IMG/VR virus record: IMGVR_UViG_3300025936_000016 | Coordinates: 1-64,000 of that record | Length of the DNA stretch: 64,000 nucleotides | Strand: one strand, 5' to 3' | DNA from: a virus | Lineage: Duplodnaviria > Caudoviricetes | In this document: positions 44,216-52,236 of the stretch, in pieces | Numbering within the stretch: the stretch's first letter is position 1 | Layout: the number at the start of each line of letters is the position of its first letter | Made by a program: the position numbers and the translations under genes | The notes under the pieces: model-generated | The model's database searches: none | What the model was told of the DNA's origin: nothing | The model's input: the letters and a program-made list of their open reading frames with translations, nothing else

Positions 44216-44287
44216 TGTCTCCTGACGGAATCGAACCGCCGCCACCGGGGCTTCAACCCAGTGCTCTACCGCCTAAGCTAAGGAGAC
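44216..44287 (-). tRNA. tRNA-Phe(GAA)
   Basis: CTGGG-TTGAAGC-CCCGG. Confidence 0.85.
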
Positions 44288-44288
44288 G

Positions 44289-44362
44289 TGGGGTGTGCGA
44301 CGGGACTTGGTTTACCCGCAACCTTCCGCCAACCGGTGCTCTTTCCTTGAGCTACGCACACC
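44289..44362 (-). ncRNA. degenerate His-type tRNA-like RNA
   Basis: G-1 + GTGTGCG/CGCACAC-C-CCA, intact D arm, truncated anticodon arm, 10-nt T loop. Confidence 0.6.
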
Positions 44363-44363
44363 G

Positions 44364-44436
44364 TGGACCTACCCGGATTCGAACCGGGAACCTCCTGTCT
44401 GCCAGACAGGTGCTCGACCAATTGAGCTATAAGCCC
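44364..44436 (-). tRNA. tRNA-Ala(GGC)
   Basis: CCTGT-CTGGCAG-ACAGG; G3:U70. Confidence 0.88.
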
Positions 44437-44475
44437 TGGGAGCTTGGGCCCCTTCCGGCAAGGCCCAAGCTCTTC

Positions 44476-44757
44476 TCAGCGGTACTGCCGGTCCTGGTAC
44501 CAGTCCTTCAGTTTCCAGAACCATCCGTGGAAACGCCACCGCCACCAGGTCCAGTCAAGTTCCTGAACCACGATGGGCCAAGCGGCCACGTCACACTTGT
44601 TGCACCGGTGGAAACGCCATCGATACCAGCGATCCTCATAGTTGATCTGGAGACGGCCACTCTCACACCGGCTTTCGCCTTTGGGGTACCTCGTTCCCCC
44701 ACCAGCCCAGCCTGGGCAGCGATGGGGCTTGTCATAGCAATGACGACTTAGCCGCAT
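44476..44757 (-). CDS. hypothetical W/C-rich protein
   Basis: MRLSRHCYDK..., RBS AAGGAGG. Confidence 0.65.
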   Translation of the reverse strand: MRLSRHCYDKPHRCPGWAGGGTRYPKGESRCESGRLQINYEDRWYRWRFHRCNKCDVAAWPIVVQELDWTWWRWRFHGWFWKLKDWYQDRQYR

Positions 44758-44773
44758 CACTGCCTCCTTTCTG

Positions 44774-44944
44774 CTACGAGCTGAAATGCATAGCGATGGA
44801 GTTGTCGAAATCGACCTCGCCAATACACCATCGCAAAGTGTCATAGATGGCTTGGAGTTCCTCGTCGTCCTCGCCGCCCTCGTAGCTGCTTGCTTCAGCT
44901 TGGAGCCTACGGAAGGCTTCCTCTATCTCTTCTCGCGTTCTCAT
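44774..44944 (-). CDS. small acidic hypothetical protein
   Basis: MRTREEIEEAF..., RBS GGAG. Confidence 0.6.
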   Translation of the reverse strand: MRTREEIEEAFRRLQAEASSYEGGEDDEELQAIYDTLRWCIGEVDFDNSIAMHFSS

Positions 44945-45047
44945 GAAACTCTCCAGTTGAGTAGATGGTTGGTTCACCAAACACCCACGTGGCGTAGTTT
45001 CTGATCCCGAGAAGTCTCGGGCGTGGACCCAATCCATCATGGCGTCG

Positions 45048-45122
45048 TCGGGACGGCCGGATTCGAACCGGCGACCCCCTGGTCCCAAACCAGGTGCGCT
45101 GACCTAACTGCGCTACATCCCG
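45048..45122 (-). tRNA. tRNA-Pro(TGG)
   Basis: CCTGG-TTTGGGA-CCAGG. Confidence 0.9.
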
Positions 45123-45264
45123 ATTGTCCTGGCCCCAGGGAGCTGCCCAAGCTGATCTGGCCTATGGCCAGAGGCATGGTCTTCGACCCGGAGGCCAGGA
45201 CTTTATCACATGCTGTCCACTGTGGAATTCTCAAGAGACAGTTCCTCGGACGAACCGGGGACCG

Positions 45265-45336
45265 TGCGAACGAAGGGAATCGAACCCTCTCCAGGCAGCT
45301 TTAGAGGCTGCCGTGCATCCATTGCACGTCGCTCGC
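45265..45336 (-). tRNA. amber suppressor tRNA (anticodon CTA)
   Basis: GCGAGCG acceptor; GCAGC-CTCTAAA-GCTGC; GAGGG-TTCGATT-CCCTT. Confidence 0.8.
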
Positions 45337-45342
45337 GTTGCA

Positions 45343-45420
45343 CACACCGCACCGGGCTCGAACCGGTTGACCAGACTCCAACCTGTTGTTCCCTCTCCGG
45401 GCAGGCGCTGGGTACGGTGC
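45343..45420 (-). ncRNA. tRNA-like RNA with acceptor and T arm but non-canonical core
   Basis: GCACCGT/GCGGTGT plus ACCGG-TTCGAGC-CCGGT; the middle folds as one long interrupted stem. Confidence 0.5.
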
Positions 45421-45426
45421 GTTGCG

Positions 45427-45498
45427 CACGGGCGGAGGGACTTGAACCCCCTCGAACGGTTTTGGAGACCGCCATGCTACCGGTTACATCTCGCCCAT
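45427..45498 (-). tRNA. tRNA-Trp(CCA)
   Basis: GCGGT-CTCCAAA-ACCGT. Confidence 0.85.
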
Positions 45499-45596
45499 AT
45501 TGACCTTGTCCCATTGAGCCTAGGGGCTTGGGTTGATCCCGGGCAACCACCTTGTCAGTGTTGCCTGAGGCCGTTCCGTCAGCTCCAGACGAACTA

Positions 45597-45625
45597 AGGT
45601 TACCCCCACGTCCGGGTGTAGTCAA
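45597..45625 (-). promoter_or_regulatory. promoter of the tRNA cluster, containing CCCGGACGTGGGGG motif
   Basis: TTGACT-17 bp-TAACCT. Confidence 0.7.
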
Positions 45626-45640
45626 GGCCTTAGTCGGGAG

Positions 45641-45682
45641 ACACCGCAGCCCCCTGGTCGTGGGGGACAGGGGGCTGCGGTG
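45641..45682 (-). terminator. hairpin terminator after rsr
   Basis: ACCGCAGCCCCCTG/CAGGGGGCTGCGGT stem. Confidence 0.6.
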
Positions 45683-45698
45683 GACTGACCATTCGAAC

Positions 45699-47294
45699 CT
45701 ACTCCAGCCAAGGCCACTTCGCCTGTCGGCCAGCCTCCACCATGGAGATCATGTTGAAGGTGGCGTCCGTCAGGCCACCCAGCTGGTGCCGGGTGCTGGA
45801 CGTTTCCATCATGGCCGGCGAGTAGCCCACCATGTTGAACGAGTAGATCGGGACGTTGGCTGGAACCTGGTCACTGACGTTGCCCTGCCAGAACCCACGG
45901 CTGGGGCCGAAGGTCTGCTCATCGGTGATGATCACAACCCGGTCGTGGCCCTTGAACGTGGTCGCCAGAGCCTGGGCGGTCTGGGTGCCGCCACCGGACC
46001 GGCCGTAGAGGCTGTCGAAGCGCTCGGTCTCCCGGAGCACGCCGCCACCCTTCTTCACCTCGAACCGGTTCACGTTGGTGTCGTAGGCGTATACGTCCAC
46101 AGCCTCGCCCTTCAGGGCCAGGGCGATGCCGAACAGGGCCCCGGCCGTGGTGGCCTTGACACTGCTCTTGCCGCTCATGACCATGTGCATCGATCCCGAG
46201 ACGTCGATCAGAACCAAGGTGCGGCCCGGAAGCGGCGGGATGTTGCTCAGCGAGTACTGGAGCGCGGTCTCCAGAGGCAGTGCCCAGTACGGGCTCGTAG
46301 CCTCCTTGGACGCCGACAAGAACCGGAACGGCAGCTGCCGCGACTTACGCACAGCCTCCTCGCTTGCCAGCGTCTCCTGGATCAGCTTCATCGTCTTGGC
46401 GTCGACCCCGGCCTCCTGGATGTTGCGGAGGTTCCGGAGCAAGGCCATGTATCCCATGGTCGGAACCACGGCCTGCCAGACGTTGGCCGTGAGCTTGCCC
46501 CACGACGAGACCTGCTCCCAGGTCATGCCGGCACCCTGAAGGGCATCAGGCGCCTGGTCGGATGCCAGGAGCCGAGCCTTCTCAGCATCGGTCAGAGCCT
46601 GGAGCTTGCCCCGGTTCAGGAGCACGGTCAGTTCGGCCGGGATCTCGGTCGGGCGCCGACGACTGTCCAAAATGTACTTGAACAGGATCGACTGCTCGAA
46701 CGTGCCCGGGTCCGGGTGCGTCAGCTCGATGACGTCGGCCATCCGGACGGCGTCACCAGAACGGTCCCACTTGATGTAGTTCCGCTGGGTGTACAACCGG
46801 ACAGCAGCGTCAGCGATACCACGACGGATCGCGGCGGGGGTCTTCTTGCCGTAGGTGTTGAGCCAGTAGCTCAAGGCTTCGGCCGGCTCATCGGCACGGA
46901 CGAGGACACGGTTCATGACCTCACGCGCGTAGCCCGGCAGTCCTGGCTGAATGACCTGACCCTGGAGCACACGGGCAGCCTCCACGGCACCGACGACGGC
47001 AGCCGTACGGATGTTGCCCTTGGTCCGCAGCCACACGAGGAAGTCCACGACCCACTTGGGGTCTTCCTTGGCGACCTGCTGGACCAGTCCGGCGAACCGG
47101 GTGTTCCGCTCCTGGGCCTTCTCGTAGAAGGTGTCCTCGCCGTAGAAGTTGGTCACAGCCAGAAGGAACAGGTCCGTCTTGGCGTCACGCGACCAGGCCG
47201 GTGCGCCCTCGAACGTGACCGCGTCCTGGGCTGTGGTCTGAAGGGGGGTACGAGCACGGGCCGTCCGTGTCGTCTTGGTGTTGAGCTTTGCCAT
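45699..47294 (-). CDS. rsr: Ro60/TROVE-domain RNA-binding protein with C-terminal vWA
   Basis: DTFYE, MGYMALLRNLRN, PFRFLSA, LIDVSGSM, IITDEQ; ATG 47294 after GAGAGGA. Confidence 0.93.
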   Translation of the reverse strand: MAKLNTKTTRTARARTPLQTTAQDAVTFEGAPAWSRDAKTDLFLLAVTNFYGEDTFYEKAQERNTRFAGLVQQVAKEDPKWVVDFLVWLRTKGNIRTAAVVGAVEAARVLQGQVIQPGLPGYAREVMNRVLVRADEPAEALSYWLNTYGKKTPAAIRRGIADAAVRLYTQRNYIKWDRSGDAVRMADVIELTHPDPGTFEQSILFKYILDSRRRPTEIPAELTVLLNRGKLQALTDAEKARLLASDQAPDALQGAGMTWEQVSSWGKLTANVWQAVVPTMGYMALLRNLRNIQEAGVDAKTMKLIQETLASEEAVRKSRQLPFRFLSASKEATSPYWALPLETALQYSLSNIPPLPGRTLVLIDVSGSMHMVMSGKSSVKATTAGALFGIALALKGEAVDVYAYDTNVNRFEVKKGGGVLRETERFDSLYGRSGGGTQTAQALATTFKGHDRVVIITDEQTFGPSRGFWQGNVSDQVPANVPIYSFNMVGYSPAMMETSSTRHQLGGLTDATFNMISMVEAGRQAKWPWLE

Positions 47295-47313
47295 GGTCTT
47301 TCTCCTCTCGGGC

Positions 47314-47353
47314 AAAAAATAAGGGGCCGGTGTCCTGATGGGATCCGGCCCCT
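47314..47353 (-). terminator. rho-independent terminator between the Y RNAs and rsr
   Basis: AGGGGCCGG...CCGGCCCCT-TATTTTTT. Confidence 0.75.
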
Positions 47354-47364
47354 GGGTAGTAATG

Positions 47365-47493
47365 GCTGACAGGCAACAAGGCGTTCCAGGTGTCCGCCGT
47401 TTCAAGGCGGTGTCCGCGCCAGCGGCCATCCCAAGAGTGGGAGGGGCAGGAATTGAACCTGCGAAGTAACCCGGTACTAACGGATCTGTCAGC
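47365..47493 (-). ncRNA. Y RNA 1 (with tRNA-like module)
   Basis: GCTGACAG/CTGTCAGC ends; CAGATCCG...GTTACTTC...TTGTTGCCTG; T arm GCAGG-TTCAATT-CCTGC. Confidence 0.78.
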
Positions 47494-47502
47494 GAAGTAG
47501 GT

Positions 47503-47585
47503 GCTCCCAGGCAACAAGGCGGCGCAAGTGTCACTTTGTTTTCACCAAATTGAAAGAAGTAACTCGCACCTGCGGATCTGGGAAC
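47503..47585 (-). ncRNA. Y RNA 2 (short)
   Basis: Same conserved terminal motifs, no tRNA module. Confidence 0.72.
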
Positions 47586-47594
47586 GAAGCTGAT

Positions 47595-47706
47595 GTCGCC
47601 AGGCAACATGAGCGGCTGTGAGGGTGTCCCACCGTGGGCTGGGCCCAACGGAGGGCTTCCGTGTGAGTTGTATGAAGTAACCCCACGAGCCTTCGGATCT
47701 GGCAAC
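47595..47706 (-). ncRNA. Y RNA 3
   Basis: Same conserved terminal motifs. Confidence 0.72.
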
Positions 47707-47716
47707 CGAAGTTGAT

Positions 47717-47858
47717 GTCGTCAGGCTACAAAGGCGGCTGAAGTGTTTTTAGCGCTCTGCCAATTGAGCTACAAGGCCACAAGTGGCCTCGCTGGGACTC
47801 GAACCCAGAACCTCTCCTATATCAAAGGAAGTAACTCCTGCCAATCGGATCTGACGAC
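47717..47858 (-). ncRNA. yrlA: Y RNA 4, YrlA-like (permuted tRNA domain)
   Basis: T arm CTGGG-TTCGAGT-CCCAG, loop-closed acceptor GAGGCCAC-TT-GTGGCCTT, then D arm TAGCTCAATTGGCAGAGC. Confidence 0.85.
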
Positions 47859-47947
47859 AGATGTCAATGTGTAGTTGTCAAGTGTGCAGACCTCGGGCGC
47901 AAGGTGTACGGACTTCGGTATTGCGCTGGCCTCAGGTCTTGCTGTAG

Positions 47948-47976
47948 ACCCTACGACCCCTACGTCCGGGTGTCAA
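47948..47976 (-). promoter_or_regulatory. promoter of the Y RNA cluster, containing CCCGGACGTAGGGG motif
   Basis: TTGACA-17 bp-TAGGGT. Confidence 0.72.
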
Positions 47977-47986
47977 GGCCTATTTC

Positions 47987-49096
47987 CTACTCCCCGGCCA
48001 CCGTCGCACCCGTGGAGTCTAGGATGTTCCCAGACCACAGCGTCACATGATTACCGACGCAGCCGTTGGCGTAGCCGAAAGCTCCGGGTACGAACCTGTT
48101 GTCCAGGATGCGCACGTTGGTCACGGGCCCTTGGCGGGCACAGTAGACCGTGTACGCCCCGCCAGCGAGCAGGTTCCGGGAGATCAGGACGTTGCTGTTC
48201 TGGGGGTTTCCTTCGTCCCACTGGATGATGGCCGACGTGGTGTTGCCCCGGACATCGATGGTGTTGTGGGTGAAGTTGATGTTGGATGCACCCTGGTTGA
48301 ACTGGGCCCCGTCCGTGTGCGCATCTCCACCGTCGTATAGGTCATGGATCCATGTGTCTGTGACGATGGTGTTGCCCGGGACGTTGAGCCCGTTCTCGCA
48401 ACCATGGATGTCCGCCCGGCGCAAGGTGACTGAGCCACCGGAGCCGTTGCTGTAGCCGTTGCTACCAGGGGTGTCGTTGCACGTGATCTCCACGTCCTCG
48501 AACAAGGTGCCCGGGGCAAAGCTCCGAACCGCCCAGAAGCAAGGTGCGGCGATCCGCACGTTCCGGAAGGTGACGTTGGCGGCCTGAACCTCGACGCATC
48601 CCTGGATGTTCATGTTGCGGATCAGCTCGCCGGACGTTGCGTATGTGGTCCTAGTGGAGTTGACCAAAGTCACGCCAGGGATAGTCCCGGTGTTGTCCAC
48701 GTTCGGGAACCCACAGGCTGCCAGCCGGTGCAGGCAGTCCACGCCGCTGGGCGAAGGTGCCGGCGTTGTGGTGGCCGTGGGACTTGGCGTCGGCGGCGGG
48801 GTCGTGGGCGCCGGGGTCGTCGGCACAACGGTGGGACTTGGCGTTGCCGTTGGCGACGGGCTCGGGCTCGGGTCGGTTGGTGTCGTGAGTCCGGTCAACG
48901 TACACGTGAACGTGAACGTGCCGTTGGCCCCTGGGGTGGGGTTCGTGCAGCTGATACCGGGGGCTGGTGCGAGGACCAGCTGTTGGGTTGTGGGTGTTGC
49001 CCAGGCTCCAGGTCCGCTGAGGATCAGGAACGTGGCCATGACGCTGATCACGACGCGGCTGGCTATGCGCCAGCCGTTGATCTTGCTCTGAGTCAT
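47987..49096 (-). CDS. secreted right-handed beta-helix (pectin-lyase-like) protein with P/T linker
   Basis: Signal peptide, PT-rich linker, GFPNVDNTG...WIHDL...HTDGAQ. Confidence 0.78.
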   Translation of the reverse strand: MTQSKINGWRIASRVVISVMATFLILSGPGAWATPTTQQLVLAPAPGISCTNPTPGANGTFTFTCTLTGLTTPTDPSPSPSPTATPSPTVVPTTPAPTTPPPTPSPTATTTPAPSPSGVDCLHRLAACGFPNVDNTGTIPGVTLVNSTRTTYATSGELIRNMNIQGCVEVQAANVTFRNVRIAAPCFWAVRSFAPGTLFEDVEITCNDTPGSNGYSNGSGGSVTLRRADIHGCENGLNVPGNTIVTDTWIHDLYDGGDAHTDGAQFNQGASNINFTHNTIDVRGNTTSAIIQWDEGNPQNSNVLISRNLLAGGAYTVYCARQGPVTNVRILDNRFVPGAFGYANGCVGNHVTLWSGNILDSTGATVAGE

Positions 49097-49289
49097 GCCT
49101 CTATGCAAGCACAGATCCAGTTCACCCGCACGTGGGGGCGAAGTCCAGGGGCGAACAAGATCTGGACAGGGCTTGATCATTGGCCCCTGGACTCACCTGG
49201 GAATTGATTCTACACCCTAAGGTACGGGTGGTTATTCCTGCGTCAACCACCTGATACGTAATTCATATTCTACCGCTTATGATCTGCCT

Positions 49290-49589
49290 ATGGTGTGGTT
49301 GTCTTTTATCCTTGTGGCGCTCGCCGTAGCCAGGGTCACACGGCTAATTACAGCCGACCGCATCACGCTATGGCTTAGGCGCTGGGTCATCACCAAGTAC
49401 GGCGAAGAATCCAGCGCCGCTTACCTTGTGCATTGTCGAGCATGTTCTTCCATCTGGATCGCTTTCCCCGCCGCTGTCGGCTGGGCCCTACTGGCTCTTC
49501 CCTGGCGCCTGTGGTGGCTCGCCGTCCCAGCCTGGCTTGCTTTTTCCTACACCACGATCCTTCTCGCGCGCCTCGAAGAGGAGGAGTAA
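49290..49589 (+). CDS. DUF1360-like membrane protein
   Basis: ARVTRLITAD...C..C.SIW. Confidence 0.75.
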   Translation: MVWLSFILVALAVARVTRLITADRITLWLRRWVITKYGEESSAAYLVHCRACSSIWIAFPAAVGWALLALPWRLWWLAVPAWLAFSYTTILLARLEEEE

Positions 49590-51512
49590 ATGGCCTTCGG
49601 TAGAAAGGCACTGGCGGCTGTTCCCGATGACGCCCCGGAGCCACGTTCTACCCGATCACTTGTTGCCTCGGCCCTGAGGTTCAGGTTCGACGACGCCTCC
49701 TATAACTCTTGGCGCTTTCGAGACGAGGCCTGGCAGCGGGAACTTTGGCGTCTCTACGACATCACCCCCGAGCTTCGGTTTGCCGCCAGCTGGGTGGGTA
49801 GCTGCTGCTCCCGGGTCCGTATCTATGTCGCCGATGTCGACGAACTGGGACGGGTCCAGGGCGAGACGAAGAACAAGCAGATCCAAGCCCTGAGTGACAC
49901 CTTGCTGGGTGGCCCTACGTCCAAGGCCGAGCACCTTCGGATGATGGGCGTGGACCTGACTGTTGCCGGCGAGTGCTACATCGTTGGGCAGCCGGACCCG
50001 AACCGGGCCACGGACAAGTGGTGGGTCCTGACGCCCACGGAGTTCAGGCGCGTCAAGGGATCTGGCGGGGAGTGGGACTGGGCCTGGGGACCCAAGGGCA
50101 ACCCCATGTACCTCGACCTGGACCGGAACGTGGTCACTCGGGTGTGGACTCCACACCCACTCCGGGTATGGTGCGCGGACTCTCCCGCCAAGTCCTGTCA
50201 GATTGTGCTCCGGGAGCTGGAGCAGCTCACCAAGTACGTGGCCTCGCAGATTGACTCTCGCCTTGTTGGCGCCGGCCTCCTGATCATTCCCAATGACCTG
50301 GATATGCCCCAGGAGGAGAACAGCACCAACAACGCCGAGTCCTTGATGATTCGGTTTGCCACAGCTGCCGCCCAAAGCCTCCGGGGTGAAGGAACCGCTC
50401 TCGGCGTCTTGCCCCATATTATTGAGGCCGCTAACGCTGACGGCTTCAAGCTCCTGACCTTCGACAGTGAGCTGTCCAAGCAGGCCATGGAGCTACGGAA
50501 AGAGGCCATTGAGCGCCTGGGTGTCGGCATGGACATGCCGCCCGAAGTCCTCAGCGGGCTTGGTGGCGAGAATCATTGGAACGGCTTCCTGATCGACGGG
50601 TACGGCATCAAGGTTCACATCGAACCGATAATGACCCGGATCTGTGAGGCGCTCACCGAGGCGTACCTGTACCCCGCCCTCAAGCTCATGGGCAAGGACA
50701 CTCAGCGCTACACCTATGCCTACGACACCAGCCCGTTGGAGCTTCGCCCCCAGCGACTGCAGGACGCTCTGAACCTGTACGAGAAAGGCATCATCGGGGC
50801 CGATGCCGTTCGGGAGATTGGCAACTTCAAAGACACCTGGGCCCCGACCGAGGAAGAAGCCGGCCGGACCCTACTAATTGAAGTTCTGCTCCGGGATCCA
50901 CAGCTGATTCAGAACCAGGCCATTCGCAAGGCCGTGGGACTGGGCGAAGACATCTTGCCCCAGTTGTCCATGATTGCCCCAACTGCCCAGAGTATTGGTA
51001 TGGGCCCCGGGGGTGGCGGTGGAAGTGGTCCCCCTCCGCCTATGCCGCCACCTACCGGTATCCAGACCACGCTGCCTCCCCCGATTCCGGACACCATGGA
51101 CAAGATCGGGGCCCCGCCCGGTCCACCACCTACCGGTATCCAGGCGTCTGCCGCCGGTCTCCAGGAGATGGGCATCGTCGTCCTCGCCGAGGCCACGGTG
51201 CGCCGGGGCCTGGAGCTGGCCGGCAAGCGGCTATTGAATCAGCACAACCGGCACCGGTGGCCAGATGTGCCCCACAACGAGCTGCACACCCGCATCAAGG
51301 TCCAGGACCAGGCTCATGCCAACCGCCTATTGGCCGGGGCCTGGGACCAGTTGGATGCGATGACGAAGCTGGTCGCCGACGACTTCGACACGACCAGGCT
51401 CCAGACGACCCTGTCCAAATACTGCTCCATTCTCCTGCTCCGGGGTATCGCCCACGACCCACCGAACCTGTTCTCCACCCTTCAGGTGGATGGGGTCATT
51501 CGTGGCCAGTAG
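49590..51512 (+). CDS. portal protein
   Basis: 640 aa preceding MuF; W..Y...PELRFAASW, RVWTPHP, GMDMPPE.L.G..NHW. Confidence 0.85.
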   Translation: MAFGRKALAAVPDDAPEPRSTRSLVASALRFRFDDASYNSWRFRDEAWQRELWRLYDITPELRFAASWVGSCCSRVRIYVADVDELGRVQGETKNKQIQALSDTLLGGPTSKAEHLRMMGVDLTVAGECYIVGQPDPNRATDKWWVLTPTEFRRVKGSGGEWDWAWGPKGNPMYLDLDRNVVTRVWTPHPLRVWCADSPAKSCQIVLRELEQLTKYVASQIDSRLVGAGLLIIPNDLDMPQEENSTNNAESLMIRFATAAAQSLRGEGTALGVLPHIIEAANADGFKLLTFDSELSKQAMELRKEAIERLGVGMDMPPEVLSGLGGENHWNGFLIDGYGIKVHIEPIMTRICEALTEAYLYPALKLMGKDTQRYTYAYDTSPLELRPQRLQDALNLYEKGIIGADAVREIGNFKDTWAPTEEEAGRTLLIEVLLRDPQLIQNQAIRKAVGLGEDILPQLSMIAPTAQSIGMGPGGGGGSGPPPPMPPPTGIQTTLPPPIPDTMDKIGAPPGPPPTGIQASAAGLQEMGIVVLAEATVRRGLELAGKRLLNQHNRHRWPDVPHNELHTRIKVQDQAHANRLLAGAWDQLDAMTKLVADDFDTTRLQTTLSKYCSILLLRGIAHDPPNLFSTLQVDGVIRGQ

Positions 51513-52236
51513 GGAAGCGGAGGACTCGGTGTACCGCGCGGCCAAGGATGGACTGAAGCGGTGGCTGGGTCGTGCCCGGGATGCAGTCATGGCGCCATGG
51601 CGCCAGTACAAGGCCCAGCCCAATCCCCAGGCCATCGCCTCCACCGTTCCGGTGTGGCAGGAGCAGGTGGACCGGATCATCCGGGCATTGACCCCAGCCC
51701 TACAGGAGGGTTGGGGTGCGGCCCATTTGCCTGGCGACTACGACCCGAGCGACCCCTACATCCAGGCCAATCTCGCCTTGACCTACAACCTCCTCGTCCG
51801 GATCCCGGACGAGGTCCACGCCATGGTGGTGCGCCAGATTCTGGAGGGCACCAATGCCGGCGAGACCACGGACCAGATCGCCCACCGCGTGGACCAGGTC
51901 CTGGACTTCACCGGCTCCGAGAACTGGGACGGACGGGCCCGGGTCATCGCCATTACGGAGTCGACCCGGCACCGCAGCTCCAGTCTCCTGGCCCATGGCC
52001 TGTTGGCCCAGAAGAACGGTCGCCGGGACCTGATGAAGCTGTGGGACACCACGATGGACGGTCGCGAACGGCTGGGGCACAAGTTGGCCAACGACCAGAC
52101 CGTGCCCCTGGGTCAGCCCTTCATCGTTGAGGGCGAACCTTTGCTCTTTCCCGGGGATCCCACAGGCCACCCAGACAACGTGTGCGGCTGTCGATGCGAC
52201 CTTCGACTTGTCCATGGAGCAGAGGTGATGCGCTAA
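51502..52236 (+). CDS. MuF-like minor head protein
   Basis: RARVIAITE...W.T.MD.R.R..H...FPGDP...GCRC. Confidence 0.88.
   Translation: MASREAEDSVYRAAKDGLKRWLGRARDAVMAPWRQYKAQPNPQAIASTVPVWQEQVDRIIRALTPALQEGWGAAHLPGDYDPSDPYIQANLALTYNLLVRIPDEVHAMVVRQILEGTNAGETTDQIAHRVDQVLDFTGSENWDGRARVIAITESTRHRSSSLLAHGLLAQKNGRRDLMKLWDTTMDGRERLGHKLANDQTVPLGQPFIVEGEPLLFPGDPTGHPDNVCGCRCDLRLVHGAEVMR

Noticed and set aside
45552-47369. 605-aa plus-strand ORF and similar long antisense ORFs (e.g. 16694-17827, 20842-21969, 43053-44225, 54586-55836, 57922-59166)
   Set aside because: Antisense shadows of well-supported genes in GC-rich DNA
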